35,435 nt of DNA from NCBI GenBank assembly GCA_963169575.1, contig CAUJGH010000040.1, forward strand, positions 1 through 35,435, given 5' to 3'. Shown here one piece after another: positions 24,761 to 32,033 of this stretch. The position numbers were made by a program, and so were the translations under genes. This stretch comes from Myxococcota bacterium. Its GTDB lineage: Bacteria > Myxococcota_A > UBA9160 > UBA4427. The notes under the pieces were generated by a model. The model saw only the letters and a list, made by a program, of their open reading frames with translations, was not told the origin of the DNA and made no database searches. The first letter of the stretch is position 1, and the number at the start of each line of letters is the position of its first letter.

Positions 24761-27700
24761 ATGCAAACCATCCGATCTCGCCTCCTCCCGCGCCTCTTCC
24801 CGCACCTTCTCGCTCGCATCCCATCCGATCGCCGATCCGAGGTCCGCGTCCTGCGATCCCTGATCGGCTCTTCTCTCCTTGCCATGCCGATGGTCTTCCT
24901 GCTGGGACCGGAGCCGGCGAAGGCCCAATGCGCCGCCGCGCCGAACCCGATCGTCTGCGAGAACGCGCTCCCCGGGACCAGCGACTGGCGGCTCTCCGGT
25001 CCGATCTCGACGGACGTGGGAGGCCAGATCCAGGGCTTCGCTTCGGCCACGAGCGTCGATACGGGCAGCTCGATCGATCTGCTGGTCACGGTCGCCGGCA
25101 ATGCCGCCTGGAATCTCGAGATCTATCGCATGGGCTGGTACGGCGGCGACGGCGGCCGCCTGCTGCATTCCGCGAGCGGCCTCCCCGGCATCGCCCAGGG
25201 CGGCTGCACGAACCCGGCCCCGATCAATTTCTCTCGTGTCTGCAACTGGTCCGTCGCCTCCGGCGGCTACACGCTCGCGATCCCCGCGACCTGGACGACC
25301 GGCCTCTACCTCGCCAAGCTGGAGACGACCTCCACGGGCCACCAGGCCTACGTCCCCTTCGTCGTCCGCGAAGACGATCGCGACGCGGTCTACTACTACG
25401 AGCAGGCCGTGATGAACTATCAGGCCTACAACCGCTACCCGACTTCGGATGCCGTTTCCTTCTACACGAGCCAGACCGGCTTCCAGCCCTGGGAGAAGAC
25501 CCTCTCGTTCAAGCGTCCCTATTCCAGTCAACTCGTGCTGCGCAACGGCGAGAGTCCGTTCGGTTCGGCAGGCGATGGCAGCGGCGGCTTCTTCACCTGG
25601 GACTTTCCGATGATCCAGTGGCTCGAGCGCGAAGGCTACGACGTGTCGTACGCGACGAACATCGACCTGCACACGAATCCGGAACGCGTCCTCGACTTCT
25701 CCGCCATGATCTCCGTCGGCCACGACGAGTACTGGTCCGACGAGATGGCGGTCGCTGCCGCGGCCGCTCGCGACGCCGGCGTCGACCTCGCCTTCTTCGC
25801 GGGCAATCACGTCTTCGGAACCGTCGCCTACGACCCGATCGCGCGAACCATGACGGGGCTCACGAAGGCCGGAACGCCCGGGACCGGCACACCGTCGGGC
25901 AACGATTGGTGGGACGCGCCGGACTATCCCGACAAGCGCAAGCGACAGGCGCTCCTCGGCCAGGCGAATACCGGCTGCTGCGCCCGCAAACCGATCACCT
26001 ACGCGAACGTGCCGTGGATCGTCGCGGAGGAGAGCCACTGGGCATTCGCGGGAACCGGATTCCAGAACGGCGACAGCGTCCCGGCTCTGCTCGGCTACGA
26101 GCCCGACGCCTACGATCCGAGCTTCGAGGGCGCCTGCAGCCAGGACTTCACCCTTCTCTCCGCATCGCCCTTCGACCCCGTCGCGGCCGGGGCCGCGACC
26201 AATGCGGACACGAGCTGGCTCAATACGTGGCCGCTCGCGGCCGCTCACACCACGATCTACCAGGCTCCCCGCGGCGCCTGGGTCTTCTCGGCGGGGACGA
26301 CGGACTGGCCCTGGGGCCTCGCGACGCCCCTCGCCGCGGGCGGGCCGCCCTACGATGCAGCGATCGGCAGCGGCGATCCGGCGCATCGAGGCTATGTCGC
26401 CAGTCTTTCCGGCAGCGGAAACGGCAGCCTCGTCCAGGATGGCGGACTTCCCGCCTGGCGCGTCGACGGCAGTGCCGGTCGGGCGTCGTGGACCCGTAAG
26501 GTCGGCCTCGACGGCAGCGAGGCGCAGGGTGCGCTTCGTGGGAATACGCTGACGACCGTCTTCCGGATGGTGTCGGGCGGCTTCATCACGAACTACTACT
26601 CGACACGAACCCGCCGCTACCTCCCGACCATCGGCCTCGACACCGTCAGCGGCGATCTCCAGGTTCAGCTCGAAACCGACGCCGGACTCGGCCTCCCCAT
26701 CTCCCTCGCCTCGGGCGCCGCCGCAACCGCCTATCACAGTCATACCGTCCAATTCGACGCCGCCAGCGGGTTGGCGACCTACTCCTTCGACGGCTCGCCG
26801 GTGGCGACCTGGAGCGGCTCGCCGAGCACCGCCGAGGGCGTGCACTTCGGCCAGGGCTCGAGCGGGATCGCCGGGATCGCCCACTTTCGAAGCGTCGACT
26901 TCGCTCCCGACGTTCCGCTCGCCCCCGATCCCCGCATCCAGACGCTGACCCGGAACGTCCTCGATGCGATGACCGCGCCCGCCGAACTCGAGCGCGCGAT
27001 CTTCTACGACGCGCAGGCCTGCGATGCGCCCGCGACCGCCGCCGGCGACTCCACGGGCACGCCGAGCCGCATGGGTTGGACGCCCAGCCTGAGCCTCGCG
27101 GGAACCGGATCGCTCACGACGGACTCGGATGGTGGCGAGACCGTCCCCGCCTGGCTCGCCGACGGCAGCGCGGGCCGCGCGACCTGGGACTGGATTCCGA
27201 GCGCGGACCTGGAGGCCCATGTCGCAGCGAACGGCTGGCGGATCGAGAGCCGACTGAGAGTGCTCGACGGCGGCTTTCTGACCGACTACTACGCGGACGG
27301 GAGCCGGCGCTTCATGCCCATCCTCCGGCGCGATCCGAACGGCGACCTCGCCGTCACGCTCGAAGGCGGCGGCAGCCACGTGCTCGCGACCGGCAGCGCC
27401 GCCGACGACTACCACGCCCACGTCGTCCTCTTCAATCCGCTCACGCAGACCGCGACCTACTTCTTCGACGGAGCCGCGATCGAAACCTGGAGCGGCAACG
27501 CGACCACGCAGCGACAGATCACTTTCGGCCAGGGATCGACGGCGATCGCCGGCCGAGCACACTATCGGTCGATGTCGTTCCAGCCCGCCCCCGAGCCCGG
27601 AATCGGCGGCGCGCTGGCATCCGGCCTCGTCGCTCTCGGATGGCTCGCACGCCGCGGCCCGATCACCGGCCCGATGGCGGGCCGGCGCCGAGGACTGCGA

Positions 27701-27775
27701 CGCGAACGAAAGCGCGCCGGCACGACGCCAGACCTCGAGTCGCGAGACGGCATCGAGTCGGTCCTCGAAGGATGA
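24761..27775 (+). CDS. PEP-CTERM-anchored secreted protein: an N,N-dimethylformamidase beta-subunit-like (DUF6605-like) domain plus two tandem LamG/jelly-roll-like repeats.
   Basis: 1004-aa ORF with SD GAGGAG 8 nt upstream and a signal peptide (LIGSSLLAMPMVFLLGPEPAKA). N-terminal domain motifs are LEIYRMGWYGGDGGR, YVPFVVRED, MNYQAYNRY, WLEREGYDVSYATNIDLH and GHDEYWS. Two ~175-aa repeats each end in FGQGS-x-IAG-x-AH-x-RS. A C-terminal PEP-CTERM signal is present. Confidence 0.8.
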   Translation: MQTIRSRLLPRLFPHLLARIPSDRRSEVRVLRSLIGSSLLAMPMVFLLGPEPAKAQCAAAPNPIVCENALPGTSDWRLSGPISTDVGGQIQGFASATSVDTGSSIDLLVTVAGNAAWNLEIYRMGWYGGDGGRLLHSASGLPGIAQGGCTNPAPINFSRVCNWSVASGGYTLAIPATWTTGLYLAKLETTSTGHQAYVPFVVREDDRDAVYYYEQAVMNYQAYNRYPTSDAVSFYTSQTGFQPWEKTLSFKRPYSSQLVLRNGESPFGSAGDGSGGFFTWDFPMIQWLEREGYDVSYATNIDLHTNPERVLDFSAMISVGHDEYWSDEMAVAAAAARDAGVDLAFFAGNHVFGTVAYDPIARTMTGLTKAGTPGTGTPSGNDWWDAPDYPDKRKRQALLGQANTGCCARKPITYANVPWIVAEESHWAFAGTGFQNGDSVPALLGYEPDAYDPSFEGACSQDFTLLSASPFDPVAAGAATNADTSWLNTWPLAAAHTTIYQAPRGAWVFSAGTTDWPWGLATPLAAGGPPYDAAIGSGDPAHRGYVASLSGSGNGSLVQDGGLPAWRVDGSAGRASWTRKVGLDGSEAQGALRGNTLTTVFRMVSGGFITNYYSTRTRRYLPTIGLDTVSGDLQVQLETDAGLGLPISLASGAAATAYHSHTVQFDAASGLATYSFDGSPVATWSGSPSTAEGVHFGQGSSGIAGIAHFRSVDFAPDVPLAPDPRIQTLTRNVLDAMTAPAELERAIFYDAQACDAPATAAGDSTGTPSRMGWTPSLSLAGTGSLTTDSDGGETVPAWLADGSAGRATWDWIPSADLEAHVAANGWRIESRLRVLDGGFLTDYYADGSRRFMPILRRDPNGDLAVTLEGGGSHVLATGSAADDYHAHVVLFNPLTQTATYFFDGAAIETWSGNATTQRQITFGQGSTAIAGRAHYRSMSFQPAPEPGIGGALASGLVALGWLARRGPITGPMAGRRRGLRRERKRAGTTPDLESRDGIESVLEG
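27590..27658 (+). other. PEP-CTERM sorting signal (exosortase recognition motif).
   Basis: PEPGIGGALASGLVALGWLARRG: Pro-Glu-Pro, then a hydrophobic helix, then a basic cluster. Confidence 0.7.
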
Positions 27776-28380
27776 CGACGTTCACGGGCCCCGATGGAAG
27801 ACCTCGCTGCCGATGGGCCGGCGCTGCTCCGGAATTTCTCGCCTATCACGACGAGGAATGGGGCTTCCCGGTCGCCGACGATCGCCGCCTCTTCGAGAAG
27901 CTGAGCCTCGAGGCCTTCCAGTCCGGCCTCAGCTGGCGGACGATCCTCGCCAAGCGCGAGAACTTCCGCGCCGCCTTCCACGGCTTCGATTTCGAGCGCG
28001 TCGCCCGCTTCGGGCCGCGCGACGTCGAGCGCCTGCTCGGCGATGCCGGCATCGTCCGCCATCGCGGCAAGATCGAGGCCGTCATCCAGAACGCCCGCTG
28101 CGCGAAGGAGCTCGTCCAGCGGGAAGGATCCCTCGCAGGCTTCTTCTGGCGCTACGAACCCGGGCACTGGCCCGCCTCGCAGGCCCAGACCGCCTCGACC
28201 TCGCCCGAATCGATCGCCCTCTCGAAGGATCTGAAGAAGCTCGGCTGGAAATTCGTCGGCCCGACGACCGTCTTCGCCTTCATGCAGGCCATGGGCCTCG
28301 TCGACGACCACGCCCCCGACTGCACGATCCGCCCCGCGGCCGAACGCGCCCGCCGCACCTTCGAGCGCCCGCTCGGTTGA
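27772..28380 (+). CDS. tag: DNA-3-methyladenine glycosylase I.
   Basis: The sequence is MTTFTGPDGRPRCRWAGAAPEFLAYHDEEWGFPVADDRRLFEKLSLEAFQSGLSWRTILAKRENFRAAF... There is an ATGA overlap with the upstream stop. It is the C-terminal part of the 434-aa track ORF. Confidence 0.9.
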   Translation: MTTFTGPDGRPRCRWAGAAPEFLAYHDEEWGFPVADDRRLFEKLSLEAFQSGLSWRTILAKRENFRAAFHGFDFERVARFGPRDVERLLGDAGIVRHRGKIEAVIQNARCAKELVQREGSLAGFFWRYEPGHWPASQAQTASTSPESIALSKDLKKLGWKFVGPTTVFAFMQAMGLVDDHAPDCTIRPAAERARRTFERPLG

Positions 28381-28402
28381 ACGCCCGCTTCACTCACAAG
28401 TC

Positions 28403-28551
28403 GCGAGCGCCGCGAAGCATGGGATGCGAATGGCTCGCCCTCGGCACGGCTTGTATTGCTTCTCGGGATCTCCTGGTGCTGCCCACTCCGAGCTGAAGCG
28501 AGCTCAGGCTGCGCTTTACTTCGCATCCCATGCTCCGCGCCGCTCGCTCGC
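28403..28551. repeat. REPIN/MITE-like palindromic element, copy E1 (forward orientation).
   Basis: The terminal inverted repeats are gcgagcgccgcgaagcatgggatgcga (28403-28429) and tcgcatcccatgctccgcgccgctcgctcgc (28521-28551). Conserved inner blocks atggctcgccctcggcacggc and tcaggctgcgctttact flank a 53-nt variable centre. Confidence 0.75.
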
Positions 28552-28652
28552 ATCATGCTGATTCGGCTGAACCCCGACTCGATTCGCCACTTTGAATCGC
28601 ACGGCCACCCACCCCACCCCAGCGGACGGCTCGCTCCCCGACTGCCACCCAG

Positions 28653-28801
28653 GCGAGCGACCGGCGCGGCATGCTGGGCGCGAAGTAAAGCGCAGCCTGA
28701 AGTCGCACTTGCGTTCAGTCGTCAGTTGCTCTTGCAGCCGATAAGCGACGAAGGCCGTGCCGAGGGCGAGCCATTCGCGCCCAGCATGCCGCGCCGGTCG
28801 C
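28653..28801. repeat. REPIN/MITE-like palindromic element, copy E2 (inverted relative to E1).
   Basis: It has perfect 27-bp terminal inverted repeats: gcgaccggcgcggcatgctgggcgcga (28657-28683) and its reverse complement at 28775-28801. The same inner blocks as E1 occur in reverse orientation around a 53-nt centre of equal length but diverged sequence. A partial third copy (gagcgagccattcgcg, 28824-28839) abuts the lysK stop. Confidence 0.8.
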
Positions 28802-28839
28802 ATCTTGTGAGATGCAGCCCCCCGAGCGAGCCATTCGCG

Positions 28840-30477
28840 TCAAAGTCCGGCGCGAAGCAGCGGCAGCGCCCTTTCGACCCCCATCGTCGCGAGCAGGGTC
28901 GTCAGCTTCGGGCCCTTCGGACGCGCGATCAGGAGCTCGTAGACGTAGGGATAGAAGTCCTGGGCGGTGAGCGACGTGCCTTCGCACATCGTCTTCAGAT
29001 GCGGAACGAGGTCTTCTTCACGGCAATCGGGCGCCGTCTCGAGCACGCGCACGAGGCGCGCCAGGATCTCTCTGGGCTCGCCTTCGAGCCTCTCGCTCGC
29101 GGGCGTCTCGCGGATCCGGTAGCGGAACTCGTCGGGCGCATGGTCCACGATCCAGTTCCAGACGCGCCCGGCGCGCTCGCGCAGCCGCGCGGCCTCCGCG
29201 TCGTTCGCGACCTCACCGGCCCTGCGATAGTGGGCGAGCGTGCGCTCGACGTCGCCATCGTAGACCTGCAGCGTCATCGAAAGGGGCCGGAACGAGGGCA
29301 CGCGTACGGGCGTAGAGCCCGGCTCGATCCGCCCCGGGACGAGCCGCGAGAGCTCGATCGTCCTGCGAACGACGGCGCGCTTCTTGTCGTTCTTGCCGTC
29401 GTCGGCCGCATGCGCCGTCGCGACCGCGCGGTCCCAGTCTTCGTAGAGCTTGATGACGTCGGCGTCGAAGGAGATCTGGAACTCGGAATTCGGCCGCTGC
29501 GACGCGAAGATCCAGCGCAGCATCTCGGGCTCGTAGACCGCGAGGCAATCGGCGACGGTGACGGCGCCGCCCGCCGAGCTCGAGATCTTTCCGCCGCCGC
29601 CCTTGATGCGCACGAAGTCGTAGGGGACGTATTCGGGGGCGGTCCAGTCGAAGACGGGGCCGACGATCTGCTTCGCCGTGTCGTAGCTGCCGCCGGCGGT
29701 GCTGTGATCCTTGCCGCCGGGCTCGAAGCAGACGCCCTCGAAGGCCCAGCGCATCGGCCAGTCGATCCGCCAGGGCAGCTTGACGTCACCGCCTTCGCGC
29801 AGATCGACGCGCGTCTTCGTCCCGCAGTCACGGCATTCCATGTCGACGAACCAGTCGCCGTCCCAGCCGAAGGCGATGCGGTCCCGCCCGCAGGCCTTGC
29901 AGAAGCCGGCGAGCGGCAACCAGTCTTCGGCGAGCGGCTCGGTCCGGAAACCGTCGAGCACGGCGCGGATCACGTCCTTCTTCTCGAGCGCGCGGCGAAT
30001 GCCCTCGGCATAACGTCCGGCGCGGTAGGCCTTCGACTGGCGGATGAACTCGGGCGCGATGGCGAGGGGCGCGAGGCTCGCCTCGAAGACCGCGATGTGA
30101 TGGCTCGCGTAGCTGTCGGCGGGCGGGACGGGGCTCGCCGGATCGGCGGCGAAGGGATCGGGAACGTCGGCGACGCTGCGCCGCAGGTTTTCCGCGAGCA
30201 TGGCCTGCTCGGGCGCGTCGGCCGGGACCTTGCGGAAGACGTCGAAATCGTCCCAGGAGTAGATGAAGCGGACGTCGATGCCCTGGTCGCGCAGGGCCCG
30301 GGCGACGAGGTCGACCGTCATGACCTCGCGGAAGTTGCCGACATGGACGACGCCGGAGGGCGTGATGCCCGCCGCGACGACGATCGGCCGGCGATCGGGA
30401 TGCGCCGCGACGACCCGCCGCGCCGCGATGTCCGCCCAATGCGAGAAATGAGGATCGTACTGCTGCTGTTGCCCCAT
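28840..30477 (-). CDS. lysK: Lysine--tRNA ligase, class I.
   Basis: The HIGH-type motif is PSGVVHVGNFRE and the KMSKS-type motif is GGGKISSSAGG. I chose the start ATG 30477 (MGQQQQYDPHFSHWADIAARR), giving 545 aa. The track start at 30540 adds 21 aa. Confidence 0.85.
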   Translation of the reverse strand: MGQQQQYDPHFSHWADIAARRVVAAHPDRRPIVVAAGITPSGVVHVGNFREVMTVDLVARALRDQGIDVRFIYSWDDFDVFRKVPADAPEQAMLAENLRRSVADVPDPFAADPASPVPPADSYASHHIAVFEASLAPLAIAPEFIRQSKAYRAGRYAEGIRRALEKKDVIRAVLDGFRTEPLAEDWLPLAGFCKACGRDRIAFGWDGDWFVDMECRDCGTKTRVDLREGGDVKLPWRIDWPMRWAFEGVCFEPGGKDHSTAGGSYDTAKQIVGPVFDWTAPEYVPYDFVRIKGGGGKISSSAGGAVTVADCLAVYEPEMLRWIFASQRPNSEFQISFDADVIKLYEDWDRAVATAHAADDGKNDKKRAVVRRTIELSRLVPGRIEPGSTPVRVPSFRPLSMTLQVYDGDVERTLAHYRRAGEVANDAEAARLRERAGRVWNWIVDHAPDEFRYRIRETPASERLEGEPREILARLVRVLETAPDCREEDLVPHLKTMCEGTSLTAQDFYPYVYELLIARPKGPKLTTLLATMGVERALPLLRAGL

Positions 30478-30637
30478 GCCGGGCGCCGCCCTCCGCGCCG
30501 CGGAGTGTGGCAGCCCCGACCCCGCACGCAAGGCCGACACGAATCGCCCCGGAGCCCCAATCGCTCGCTCGATCGCGGCACGGCCCCCACCTCAAAGCCA
30601 GGACCGGGCACGCCCTTGCGAGAACCGCAGCGCCCGA

Positions 30638-30761
30638 GTGTCCGGGCCGAGCCGTGTGGGGTGAGATGTAAAGGATGCACGCGCAGCACGGCGATGGACG
30701 CGCCGGCGAGCCAAGACGCGTGCGTCCGAGCCACGAACCCCGCACGGTTCGGCCCGGACAC
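30638..30761 (+). repeat. 124-nt extended imperfect hairpin (candidate structured RNA or palindromic element).
   Basis: The outer stem pairs 30638-30661 with 30738-30761 (24 bp: 22 Watson-Crick plus 2 G-T). The middle stem pairs 30673-30683 with 30717-30727 (11 bp including 1 T-G). The apical stem pairs 30689-30693 with 30701-30705 around a 7-nt loop. All three non-WC pairs are G-U only if the plus strand is read as RNA. Confidence 0.6.
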
Positions 30762-30796
30762 CCGGCACGTCGCCCGCCTCGCCCCGGCGCGACCGA

Positions 30797-31411
30797 TCAG
30801 ACCGAAGCGCGTGCCCCCTTCGGCACGACCGGCCGATCCGCCGCCTGATCCCGGCGCGACTCCGCCTTGTTGTAGAGGACCTGGACGTCCCGCGTCGCCG
30901 TGAGCAGGCGCGAATAGAGCCGCAGCTTGAGGGCGTCGAGCATCGCGAAGGAGAAGAGCGCGAAGAAGCTCGACGAGAGCGCGAGCGCCAGCGAGATGAC
31001 CTCGAGGCCCTCGTCGCTGTTGTGCATCGAGACGAAGTTGAGAAGCATGCCGCCCGTCGTCCCGACGAAGCCGAGCGGGGGCAGCAGGTTCGCGTACATC
31101 CCGATGAGCCGCGCGTAGTTGTGCTCGTACTCGTTCATGACGTACTGGCGCGACGCGTCGAACACGAAGTCCGAGGGCTGTCCGTCGCTCTCGTTCTCGC
31201 GCAGCGACTTCTGGAGGATCCGGACCATCAGGATCGCGAGCGGCTCGGCGCCTCCCGGTCGATCCGAATGTCCCCGCCGCAGCTCGTCGTTGGAGGCCCG
31301 GCGCGTCGCCGACCAGGCGGACACGACGGCGCGCAGGCCGTTCGAGAAGGGGATGAGCACCGCGATGAAGACGCCCGCGGTCACGATCACCGGCAACAGA
31401 TCACTCGACAT
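30797..31411 (-). CDS. MotA/TolQ/ExbB proton-channel family protein.
   Basis: 204-aa ORF with SD GGGGAG 6 nt upstream. It has three predicted TM helices. The motif LLPPLGFVGTTGGMLLNF resembles the ExbB/TolQ TM2 signature LG(L/F)xGT(V/T)xGM. Confidence 0.7.
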   Translation of the reverse strand: MSSDLLPVIVTAGVFIAVLIPFSNGLRAVVSAWSATRRASNDELRRGHSDRPGGAEPLAILMVRILQKSLRENESDGQPSDFVFDASRQYVMNEYEHNYARLIGMYANLLPPLGFVGTTGGMLLNFVSMHNSDEGLEVISLALALSSSFFALFSFAMLDALKLRLYSRLLTATRDVQVLYNKAESRRDQAADRPVVPKGARASV

Positions 31412-31441
31412 TCCGTACTCCCCGAGACGCTCGCGCGTCGA

Positions 31442-31984
31442 CTAGCTGTTCCACTTCTGATCGCGCAGCATCTCGAGCGCCTCGCCGAGGGAGCGCTGCT
31501 CCCCGACCGGATACTCGACCAGCATGTTCTCGCGGCCCTCGAATCGCTTCTCGAGGTCGTCGATCGACTCCTGGACCTTGCGCGTGTAGCGCATGTTCGC
31601 GAGCAGCTGGGCCTTCATGAAGCGCAGGTTCGCGTCGAGGGCCATGACCTCGGGATGCGAGCTCTGCCAGTCGGGCGCGAGCAGCGGTTCGAGATGGCGG
31701 GCCATGTACTCGGCGATGAAGTTGTCGAGCAGCACGACGCTCCGGCTGTCGTTGCGGTCGGACAATCCCTGCATCGTCTCGTCGAGATGGATCAGGTCGC
31801 GCCAGGCGCGCATCAGATCCGTCCGGCGCTGCGAGAGCGCCTCGCCGCCGAGCGCGGTCTCCTCGATCGCGGCCTGCTGAGCCGCCTCTGTGCCGCCCGG
31901 ACCTTCGTCGGACGCACAACCCGAGAGCTGGAGCGCGAGCAGCATCGGGGCGGCACCCAGGGCCAGTTTCATCGTTCGTCGCAT
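31442..31984 (-). CDS. Lipoprotein of unknown function (180 aa).
   Basis: The ATG at 31984 has SD GGAGGGA 5 nt upstream. The sequence starts MRRTMKLALGAAPMLLALQLSGCASDEG, with lipobox L-S-G-C. The rest looks helical. I recognised no family. Confidence 0.65.
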   Translation of the reverse strand: MRRTMKLALGAAPMLLALQLSGCASDEGPGGTEAAQQAAIEETALGGEALSQRRTDLMRAWRDLIHLDETMQGLSDRNDSRSVVLLDNFIAEYMARHLEPLLAPDWQSSHPEVMALDANLRFMKAQLLANMRYTRKVQESIDDLEKRFEGRENMLVEYPVGEQRSLGEALEMLRDQKWNS

Positions 31985-32033
31985 CGGATTCCCTCCGCGG
32001 GCGCGCACGCCCGCTCGCTAGTCGGTCGTTCGC

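Noticed and set aside
24392-27562. 1056-aa minus-strand ORF, the longest in the window.
   Set aside because: It is antisense to the PEP-CTERM protein gene. Its translation is Arg/Gly/Ala-rich junk, whereas the plus frame has a signal peptide, DMFase-like motifs, an internal duplication and a PEP-CTERM signal.
28419-28490. Small peptide ORF (MGCEWLALGTACIASRDLLVLPTPS) inside repeat element E1. The EWLALGTA peptide also appears in a frame of E2.
   Set aside because: E1 and E2 differ by a 2-nt indel between the ATG-containing TIR block and the conserved inner block, so the reading frame from the start codon is not conserved between copies. The conservation is at the nucleotide/palindrome level, not the peptide level.
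28381-28839. Possible CRISPR array.
   Set aside because: The repeats are in alternating (inverted) orientation, are about 27 bp with different internal architecture, and are not regularly spaced direct repeats. No cas genes are nearby.
30738-30761. The big hairpin acting as the rho-independent terminator of the ExbB-like gene.
   Set aside because: On the minus strand the three wobble positions become C-A mismatches, and no U-tract follows the stem. It is recorded as a structured element instead.
28456-30903. 815-aa plus-strand ORF. The long plus-strand ORFs 32049..34181 (710 aa), 21380..23698 (772 aa), 20154..21506, 15394..16830 and 31022..32194 are the same kind.
   Set aside because: All are antisense or out of frame to genes with clear motifs (class I LysRS, secreted helical protein, DUF1214-like/argC, sulfotransferase, LLM, ExbB-like). 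Their compositions are dominated by Arg, Ala, Gly and Pro.
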